Below, in pieces: positions 53,456 through 64,000 of a stretch of 64,000 nt of DNA. How positions within the stretch are numbered: the stretch's first letter is position 1; each line of letters starts with the position of its first letter. The stretch lies in assembly GCA_951406725.2 (NCBI GenBank), contig OX597816.1:95108001-95172000 (forward strand). The letters are read 5' to 3'. The notes beneath the pieces are model-generated. The model saw only the letters and a program-made list of their open reading frames with translations. It ran no database searches and was not told the DNA's origin. The stretch is from Octopus vulgaris. Taxonomy: Eukaryota. A program made the position numbers and the translations under genes.

Positions 53456-54288
53456 ACACGATGATTACCTTCGTTGTTCAAAGATCCAGTCCTTCAAATC
53501 ATTTTATTGGAAAGCATATACCTGATTTCAGAGTGCCAACTCTGTTGTTGTTACACGTGAATTTTACGATAAAAACATAGTCCGAAATAGAGAAACAACC
53601 TAAAATTTCCGCAGAAAAGTTATTTCAAAACGCATTAAATTCATCTATTTCAAAGTAAATGGACACAGCTCTTTTGGTTTCAAAGTTTAAAGGATTTCGT
53701 TGTAAGTTGCATCCGAGTTTCATGTGCACCCTACAGCATAGAATGAGGGCTATGTACAGCAAAATGAATGTTATCTAACTGGTTACCAATTGGAGCTACA
53801 TCAAATGTCCCTTCACTGAAATACTTACCACTATGTGAAGGCAAAAATATAAAGCTAATTTCCATTCTCTTTTATTACAAATTCTCCTTTGTTTGTTGTT
53901 ACACGAAGCACTTCCATAACACCATCATCTTCAAGACTATCATTTACCGTTGAATTATCAATATGAAGGCGTTTTCTTATGGGGGGAATCTGCGTAGGGG
54001 GAATCTATGTAGAAGGTTCTGTATCATATTTTGAATAGTAGTTAATGTGTTCATTCGAGTCGGTAGCTCTTTCTTGCGTTCTAGATATTGCCTATTCCAT
54101 TTCATTGCGTGCAGGATTCGGTGCGTATTAATGTTTAGTTAATTAGTTTTGAATTACATTTCCCTCAGTAGACATTCGCCTTTACCATATAGAATACTTG
54201 TCATATCTCTAATATAGGACATTGTTGATAGTCTTGTCGCTAACGTACGAAAAGCCATTAAGAATTAGCCTGCGCTTTCTTCTTCTAC

Positions 54289-54754
54289 TTAATACAAACA
54301 CCATCTCAGCTCTGTGCAAAAATAATCGATATCAAGCAGACACGGGAAGACCTAAAATATCGTTTTGTATTTTCTCATTGGTTAATCTGAAGTTTTGATG
54401 TACACAAAATTACATTAAAAAGCAATAAAAAATTATATGATGCGTGTCATAAAAGATTATTCTACAAAAATAATATATCTACAAATTTATTCATTGAAAA
54501 TTCATTTCTATACTAGTATTTTCCATGAAAAATCAATGAGTTGTTGAAGTACCGAATGTAAAACGTAAATCTCTAAAACTATTTTGCTACACCAAAGGCT
54601 CACCTGCACATACAAAAGCACCATTGGTCGCTTCAAACCAATGAAACCGCCAGTTTTGACAAAGTCACTTCGATTACTCTCCGGAATTGAGTCCTAGAGC
54701 TACCGTCTAGCCCCTCAGATCTATCTAATCTCTCTCTCTCTCTCTCTCTCTCTG

Positions 54755-54794
<40 letters not shown>

Positions 54795-56594
54795 GTGCAC
54801 GCACGCAAACCTGAAGTGCGCATGGGCAAACTGGATTATTTCTTCATAACTAAAGGCTTCCTGTGATTGACTTTGGTCATATGTAGCATCAATGAGTCTG
54901 AAATAACGAATGCTGTGGTTGATTAGGATATTCTTAAAACTGCCAAATATCCAAAAACGGAGGTCATGGAATATCCCTGAAATTTTCTGCGTGAGAGTAT
55001 ATAATTAGACAGTAATTGTTTTGAAGCAGGTCTAACAACAACCCAGCATCTCAAACCTTTCATTTGAATGACGAATGTTTTGGAACAGAATAAATCACTT
55101 TGTGACTTAGATATATTTTGCAGCGCAGATTCGAACAAAAGATATCTTGTAAATATAGCAAATGCTTTCAAAGATTGGCCATTTGATTTTAAACGCGTGT
55201 AAACATGCTTGTTGTAGTAATCAGTTATGCTGAGAAAGGTTTGTTTTAAGTTTTTATTCTTTGAATGATTAAGAATGTTGATAACAGTAAAGTTTGAATC
55301 AATTTTAAATCAATCCGGTTTAAGTCTTTGGCATGATGCTATTGTCTAGGTGGATTTTTGCGTAGTATATTAAAGCTTTCGAAAGGTAATACCAATTAAG
55401 GGCCATGGAATTACAAACAGGAAAATAATAGTACTTTAATTCTTTAAAGCCAGTAGTGTTAACAGTCTCTCAAGAGTATTTAACAGTAAATAGTACAAAC
55501 GTTTTACTCTTTTTTGTCTAATCCTCCATTCCCGGTAAAAAAAACAAGTCCCCAAAACACGCACGTTTCTGCTTTTCATCAAGTAACATACTGTAAAAAT
55601 CTGATACTTAACAATGTTTTGATTTACCACTTATACAACTACAAACGTATCTAAACGTGAATAATTTGAAACGATTTGGTCGTTTTGTAGATTTTATACT
55701 GGTAGTCTGATAATGTGGCTGTACAGTTATAGCAATTTGTTAAGCCACAATGTAATGGCATTATAAAATAAAGCAAACTTATTCCTCATAAACTATCGAA
55801 GATAGTTTATGATAAAGAGCAGGAGATTTATCACTAAGATTAACTAGTTACTACATATTAGGAGATTTATCACTAAGATTAATCCGGTAACTAGATCGAA
55901 ATACAAGTCTTAAGTGACTTAATTAAGTATTCTGTACTATTGATTAATGTTTAATTATATGCAGCACCATTATTATACTAACAGCGCTAAATTGTATTTG
56001 GCAATTGCAGATCTTAAGAATATATTTGATTGCATTTTATTCTTTGAAGTGACAGACAAATAGGTGTTTTGAAAGAGAATTAGACAAAGTTCTCCACAGA
56101 CCTTAACAAAAGATTAGGCGAATGAAAAGATTAAAAGTAGGGAGAAGAACCGAAAATATAAAAAACTAGGCAGAGGCAGATGATTACGAGTGGATTGATC
56201 TGATCCCTAAGATAAGTCGGCTGGTAACACTTGTTGATTGGTTGCAGTAAAGAAATATTGAAACGGATATACATTTAGATGAGTTGATAATAGCGGTTTA
56301 AACATCACAGTGCTGCTTCGCACCAATTTTGGCGCGATTGAATTGATCTATAATCAAAAGTATTCCAGCCAAGACCATCTCATCTTTTTTCAAGATATTC
56401 TTTTATTCTTTTACTTGTTTCAGTCATTTGACTACAGCCATGCTGGTGCACCACTTTAAAGGGTTTTAGTCGAAGAAATCGACCCCAGGACTTATTTTTT
56501 GTAAGCCTGATACTTATTCTATCGGTCGCTTTTTTCGAACCGCTAAGTTACAGGGACATAAACACACCAGTATCGGTTGTCAAGCGATGGCGGA

Positions 56595-56651
<57 letters not shown>

Positions 56652-57979
56652 CGGACTTCTTCCATTTACCAAATCCACTCACAAGTCTTTGGTCGGCTCA
56701 AGGTACTGCACACTGGGACTGAACCCTGAATCATGTGGTTGGGAAGCAAGCTTCTTACCACACAGCCGTGCCTGCGCCTATATATGTATATATATTTTCT
56801 TCGTCTTTTGTTTTTTTTGTAAATTTCAACTATATATATATATATACAAGAATTCATCGAATGTCATTTCTTTAAAGACGGTAAAGTGTAATTTGAGAAA
56901 GGTTTTGCAGGTTGAGCGATCACACAGAAACTGCCTCTTTGACTTATAACTATATGATGTTTACAACACCTAGGTTTCCCAAGCAGTTAACAATGTAAAT
57001 GCTATGTAAGTTCGGCGTTGCTTAACTTCAGTCACCGGACAGGAACCCATGCTTTCAGGGAGATATATATTGCAAAAGCTTTCTTTTACCGACTGAAACC
57101 AGTTTACTTCTGACAGTAGAGCTGGAAGATACGAGATAGAGCTATTTATCCTTAGATGAATTTTATCGGAAAGGAAAATTCTTAATGTACATGTTTCGCG
57201 TAGAGTTTTCTGTTGAACCGAAAACATAGAATCTAAAAGAATGCAGCATTGTTTTCCCTTCAGTAAAGTTTAGACTCGCCTGATGCGAGTGGAAGGGGCA
57301 CGGTCATAAAATACAGGGGAGGACCCAAGGAGCGGGATCTGAATAACACGTCCTCCGCTCAAGAAAAGAAGCGCGCCCTTCTAAATAATGTTATTAAGCC
57401 CTTGGAAATGTATTCCCTTCTGACCTTGTGCACTCCTTTCGAAAAACTTCCTGGAACCGCGCCTGCAATATAAACTAGAAAACTTTAAGATCTTCAGAAG
57501 TGATGCCATCACTTACCTAACATATCTTAAAAACAACAGACCATTTGACTAAAATTCAAATCAATATATTTATTAATGACGTACGCTATCACTGGCAGTA
57601 TAGTTACAGACCGCATGGTCACTGGCCGTATATTCAATGATTGTATAGCTAGAGGCTGTATAACATCTGATCATTGACTTCTGTTAAAAATGCATCATGC
57701 TGTTAAAACTGTATCCAAAGAGTAGGCTTCTTCGAAGATGAAAAATACTTCAGACCTGATCCTCTAAAAAGCTTAAAGAAACCCCATAATTATGAACTAC
57801 CCACATATCTGGGAGAATATTAATGTTACATTCACAAACATTCAGAACCGAATTGAAAGAAAAAGCAATCGATAATTTTGATGATGGAGCAGCTGGAGTA
57901 ACAATGAAGCAATAGAAAGTTTCCTCACTTGATGTTTTACCTGAAATTGTTGGCTCCAATGCTACTTCACAAATACAAT
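54289..57979 (-). CDS. Tentative multi-exon gene or unprocessed pseudogene fragment, product unknown
   Basis: Phase-compatible AG/GT-bounded open segments at 57979-57756, 57548-57517, 55145-55057, 54976-54795, 54693-54604 and 54351-54289(stop). Boundaries were hand-picked and some splice sites are weak. Confidence 0.3.
56402..56779 (-). mobile_element. Family B SINE
   Basis: Reverse complement begins aggcgcaggcacggctgtgtggtaagaagcttgcttcc. Confidence 0.85.
56958..57076 (-). pseudogene. Diverged 5S rRNA pseudogene
   Basis: Minus strand CCCTGAAAGCATGGGTTCCTGTCCGGTGACTGAAGTTAAGCAACGCCGAAC..ACTGCTTGGGAAACCTAGGTGTTGTAAAC is colinear with invertebrate 5S (GAAGTTAAGCAACG box A; GCCTGGGAA..GGTGTTGTAG end). 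Box C is degenerate. Confidence 0.75.
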
Positions 57980-59839
57980 CTTTATTATTAAAAGAAATTA
58001 AAAACGGATATTTTTTTTATTAAAAATTGATTTTTGACTAAAATTTTTGATGGTTGATTTCTTTCTTATTAATTCTGTGAATTCACATGATTTATAGCTA
58101 ACTAGCACTGTTTTCTTGCTAAACTGAAATCGTTAAATATACTAGGGAGGGAGGAAAAGGAACAAATATTAGGATAAAAATGAATAGAATTTCAAAGAGT
58201 GCTTGACGTTTAGTGAACAAATTTATGAAATTAATAAAATTTATCATTTTTAGTGGAGAAGGACTAAACTATTTGTGAATCCATCAAAATAACATTTAAG
58301 AGCATCAAAAACAAAAACAAAGAACAAAAAAAAAACGTTTTAATTTCTTAAACAATTGACCTTTGTAATGTTTGTTTATCTTAGCAGTTGCTGAGGTCTA
58401 ATATGAAATAGTAACGGTTTCTTATTTACGCAGAAGGTCAGCATTTTTAAGGAGATGGGGGTTGGTCGGCACCATTGACCCTAGTATTTGACTAAAACTG
58501 TGTCGGCCTGGGAGGGAAGACTAGTGAAGTTAATCTTGATGGGATTTGAACTTAGAGTCAGGTGTAATACGGCCAAACGCTTATGCGGTTTTGTCAGCTA
58601 GCTGCCTTCTCAAACATCTACATATTGTCTGAAATGATGTACTATACAGTGGAAAATGCAATACCTGATATACAAAAAGACGGATGGGTGTAGCTGGGAT
58701 GCTTTTTCATTGTTGAGTCAGAGCTGACCACAGGCTGAACAACACCAGCGACAGGATATATAATACATTAAAAACAAGCAACTGCAGAAATAATAAAATA
58801 TGAGAAGCAATATTCTGAACCTTCTCGTATTCTTTCTGTAGTTAATGTAGTTAAGGGCTCTGCACACTTAAAAGCAACACTAACCGAGCAGATTAGCGAA
58901 AAATGACACCATATGTCAAATGTTTATATGTATGTCTGTGTGAGTGTGTGTGAGTGTGTGTGAACGTGTGTGTGTATGTGAGTGTGTATATGATTGTGTT
59001 TATTCATAGAAGAGATATATCGTATTTGCCTACGTATAAGACATGCTTTTTCGAATTTTCATATGCTCTACATCTAAAGTAGTCGTATTATGCATGGGAG
59101 ATCGAGTGTCGTAGGATAGATAGCAGGAGGTAGCATATGTCCACTTGTTCCAGTAATTCTTACTAATTAGGAAATATTGGAACCCAGACAAAATATCACG
59201 GTTTGTGGGTACAAACTTACTAAAAATTGCTTACTTTACACCGACAGTTATGTGGAGAAATCACACCATCCTATTACATTTCCTTCCCTAGCATAAGTAA
59301 CCTGCATCTAATATGTGTCTTACATTATCTAATGACTATGTTACCATTAAGAAGCATTTTAAAATTAGCTAAATAAAAAATTCTCTTAGAAAGATGAAAG
59401 GAATGTTAAACTTTTATCCGCCCATCAACTTTTTGCAGTGAATAAATGACAGCAAAGCCAAAGCGGTGATGTAACACTGAGATGGCCGATGGCGGTGCAT
59501 GAAACATCACAGCCAGAAATTCTTTTGGCCAAAGCATAAACAACTATACAGTTGGTCTGAACAATAATAAAATTGAAATATGGTATTCGTATAACATAAT
59601 TTATGATAAATCTATGGATTCATATTTTACTCCTGTATACTGTTGCAGCAGTGTGGCTCAGAATCATACATTTTCTCCTACAAAACTATCTAAAAATATA
59701 TTTCAATAAGAGTGTGAGAAACATGCAGTTTTTCCCCAGCTTGTCAGACGCCGGCAAATACACTGATATTCAGATAAATATAATTGTCCATCAGTAAATT
59801 CATGCATACTAACATGTCTGTCTGTCTGTCTACATATCT

Positions 59840-60220
<381 letters not shown>

Positions 60221-60458
60221 GTGCGAACGTTTAGTGTGTGCAAACGAAATAGAAGACTACTTGGGATTACTCAGAAAAGGAAGTAATGATTGATTTTTTA
60301 GAAACCCGCAAACTTCGCTATTCGTATGTACTAACAACTAATTCAATATACATAAAATAAATAAAAGACATTCTTTCGTTCTCTCTATCTTCTTCTTTCT
60401 TTCTTTCTTTCTTTCTTTCTTTTTTCACACACACACGCACACACACACATACGCACAC

Positions 60459-60509
<51 letters not shown>

Positions 60510-60557
60510 CATGAATATATATACACACATACACCCAATCAGACACACATACATACA

Positions 60558-60599
<42 letters not shown>

Positions 60600-60639
60600 C
60601 ATATATGCTACAATGCCTCTGTGGGTTGTAGTGTAGGGT

Positions 60640-61292
60640 CAATCCTCCAAAAAGAGGATTCCCTTACGGAAACCCAATGAGGATGTGCGAAACACTGAAC
60701 GAGCTGTTCAAAAGTGTTTTCACCCAACCCTTACGGCACTTGCAATTTAGCAAACCTAAAAGGGAGGCAGTGACAATTGATTACATCAACATCGAAGAAA
60801 AAGATGTAATGCTAGCAATAGATGATATAGATTGCTCTGATGGATTCCCAACAATCCTTCTTAAGTTATGCCAACGAGTCATTGCAAAACCATTGCAGGT
60901 ACTTTTTCAGAGCTTCCTCGCAAATGGTAAGCTCCCGGACAAACTAAAGAAGGAAATAATATGCCCTATCCATAAAGGAGAAAGCAGAGCAGATGATAAA
61001 ATCTATAGGCGAATTCTCTGACCTCACATATCAGTCATGGAACGAATAATCAGATGGAAATTAATTGCATTCCTTGAAGAGAATGATTTGCTGACTGACG
61101 TCCAGCATGGTTTTCGACCAGGTAGAAGCTGCCTGACACAGCTTCTTGCGGCATTATGACTAGGTGCTAAAGCAGCTGCTCAACAACACAAATGTGCACG
61201 TGACATACCTCGACTTTGCAAAAGTTTATGACAAAGTCGACCATGGTATGATTTGTCATAAGCTACAAAATCTTGGCATATCTGGAAAAGGG
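60640..61292 (+). mobile_element. CR1/L2-group LINE RT fragment
   Basis: LNELFKSVFT..DGFPTILLK..IAKPLQVLFQSFLANGKLPDKLK..ICPIHKG..YR, QHGFRPGRSCLTQLL, YLDFAKVYDKVDH. Confidence 0.88.
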
Positions 61293-61490
61293 CAGCAACG
61301 TCAAACTCCCTTATTCATCAAATGTCATACATCAGAGGAGATTTTGTGAAAGTGTAGCAAAGTAAATGGCGGTGCTCCAACATGACCGGAGACCTTGTAC
61401 TGAAACTTGACAATAAATATATATCTATATATATAGTAAGAAAGAGGAGAGGGAGAATTTCGATTATCCCCCGTGTAGTGAGTTGTAAAG

Positions 61491-61561
<71 letters not shown>

Positions 61562-61599
61562 TAATAAAAGAAGGAAAATGCACATAATTAACATAGTTT

Positions 61600-63022
61600 T
61601 GATATATTTTTAATATATTTTATACGTGAAAGAATATTGTTTGTCGACCGGTTTCGCTTTCGCTTATCATGACATTGAAATTATTGTAATTTCGTATTTT
61701 CTTAAGAAGATTAGACCATGCTGTGTATGGATATTTGTGAATGAAATGAATCAACAGGTAGAAAAATCTAAGGGGAAATAATAGGTGATGGTTATTATTC
61801 GGGACAGAGGAGGTAATTGCTCATTTTGGGGGAGGGGGTAAATAGATACACAAAAACTCAAAAGCTAAAATAGTGGGATGAAATATTTACAGTGATATAT
61901 ATGTGAACAAGAATTAAAAATATATACTGAGATCAAAGTAGGTTATGCGTTCATATTTAGGCGTTTTCTGCATTTTTCAATAAATAAATTTTCTATATTT
62001 AAACGTTCTTGTACAGAAATTGTTTCTTTGCACTGGTAAATGTGGAAAACTGTTAAATTTGGTTGGATATTACCTGCATATCTCTCTATATGTTCACTCA
62101 AAGGAATCTGTCTGTCCCGTTGTAAACGGATTTGTTCCTTATGTAGTGTGGCTCTCCGCCTAAGTGCCACATTTGTCTGTCCTATAAAATTATGTCCACA
62201 ACCTGAACAAGTTATAACGTAAATTAGATTCTCGGAGGCAGAAGGGAAGTTGGTTTTAATTTTGAACGTTTCTACTTGTTTGAATAGGAACTCCAGACTT
62301 TCCAGCAAGACGGAAGATGTTCCACATTTTGAACGTCCACATTTTTTTAACCAATGGATTCATGGTTGTTGTGTAAAGCTTCGTATTTGTTAGAAATCGT
62401 TTCAGTGATTTGTGTTGCTTTTTGCATTTGAAGAATTTATGTTTTGAATCCCTAGTGAGCATAGGTGAATTTTGTACAATAGTATTTTATGCCTCAGTGT
62501 TTCTAGGGTTGTGCGTTGATATATATGGTAGTGTTTTGAGATGTGATGTGGAATTACGTTTTTTTTCCTTAGTGTTTTAATGTCTAATTTCTTGATTCGC
62601 TTAATTCCATTCTCTATAAGTGATGGTGGATATTGTCTCTCAGTTAGTGTTGTTCTGAGGTTTTGAAGACGGAGGTCCCGGGTATTTCCATCAGACACTA
62701 TCGTGCAAATCCTTTTTGCTAAGTTAAAGGGTATATTCCTTTTAATGTGTTTCGGGTGGCATGAGCTAAACAGAAGATATTGTTTCGAGTTCGTTGGCTT
62801 ATAATAAATGTCAGTTACAATATGGTTGTTGACTTATTTTATCATAAAAATCAAAAAAGTGAGCTGTTCTTTGCTATGCTCCATTGTATAATTGAATGTT
62901 AGGGTATTATTTAGTACTGATATAAATTTCCAAAGTTTATGAATGGTTTCATTCCAAATGATAAAGCAGTCATCCTGACATCTTTTCCAGTTTCCTCTTA
63001 TATGATGGTGAAATGGATGTCC
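61600..63022 (-). mobile_element. Penelope-like element: RT C-terminus + GIY-YIG + 3' pLTR
   Basis: [61 protein letters not shown] and NLIYVITCSGCGHNFIGQT..LRRRATLH. Confidence 0.9.
61642..61674 (-). ncRNA. Degenerate minimal hammerhead in the PLE 3' region
   Basis: TGTC-ATGATAA-GC GAAA GC-GAAA-CCGG-TC-GACA. Palindromic ACCGGT; two core substitutions. Confidence 0.5.
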
Positions 63023-63059
<37 letters not shown>

Positions 63060-63075
63060 ATAATATACATATACA

Positions 63076-63149
<74 letters not shown>

Positions 63150-63537
63150 CATTACATGCATGCGTGCATATGTATGTGTTTATGTGTGTACGTATATGGT
63201 CATAACGGCCCTAAACATGCTTATGGTATTTTTATCGTTCTTGTTGTATCTTTTTGTCTTCTATAAAATAGTTATTCTACAATTAGAAACTAATAAAATA
63301 TTACTGTGCTCGGTATGACCGACTCAATCTCTGATGGAAATACACTAAGACCCTGTAGTATAATGACTGAAACCAGCTAACAAATCTGCAGATTTTAAAT
63401 TTATTTTACTTCATATTGTGCTTACTGAACAATGGGGGAATTTTGCACGTTTTCATAAGACAATCATTGCTTAAGTTCTTGAGTAATCTCGAGTAATCTT
63501 TTCTTATTTCGTATCCATATCCTATTGAGTACGTAAG

Positions 63538-63558
63538 CACGCACACACACACGCACGC

Positions 63559-63617
<59 letters not shown>

Positions 63618-63961
63618 GATACACATAAACACACACATACATGTACATACACGCAGTACATACAAAACACACACATACGCACACATCTATTTATATTCGT
63701 ACACAATATGTATGCAGGTATTTATATTTATGTGGGCATGTACATGTGTGCGTGCGTGTACATGTACACATGTGAATGTGTGTGTAGTGTATATGCGCAT
63801 GTGAGTGTGAACGTGTATGAGCGTGTGTGTGTGTTAGTGTATGTGTATGTGTGTGAGAGTGTGTTTGCTTGTGTGTCTGTGAGTGTGAGTGTGAGTGTGT
63901 GTGTGTGCGTGTGTGTGTGTGAGTGTGTGTGAGTGTGTGATTGTGCCTGTGTATGTGTGCG

Positions 63962-64000
<39 letters not shown>
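63538..64000. repeat. (CA)n/(TG)n low-complexity tracts
   Basis: Visible arrays. Confidence 0.9.

Noticed and set aside
63328-63395. CTGATGG..GAAAC as another hammerhead
   Set aside because: Core mismatch and no convincing stems I or III

Overview
AT-rich, microsatellite-dense animal DNA. The SINE families and Penelope/Dong content suggest an octopus-like cephalopod, which is an inference from repeat content. Most of the window is nested transposon debris: tRNA-headed SINEs, Penelope-like elements (PLEs), Dong/R4, CRE, CR1, Tc1/mariner, Helitron derivatives, a solo LTR and a Gypsy relic. The one convincing host CDS is an intronless, divergent CCDC42/CFAP73-like coiled-coil gene at 48152-49021. 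There is also a 5S rRNA pseudogene and a tentative chain of minus-strand exons at about 54.3-58.0 kb. The most notable signal is a set of minimal type I hammerhead ribozyme (HHR) motifs. Two of them sit in ~480-nt ORF-less units present as circularly permuted, greater-than-unit-length and inverted copies (601-1286; 38742-39788), as expected for retrozyme-like or PLE-dependent elements copied from circular RNA. An unclassified 1.87-kb retroposed element with a 14-bp target-site duplication (TSD) sits inside a SINE tRNA-like head. All calls were made by eye with no searches or folding runs, so repeat boundaries are approximate.
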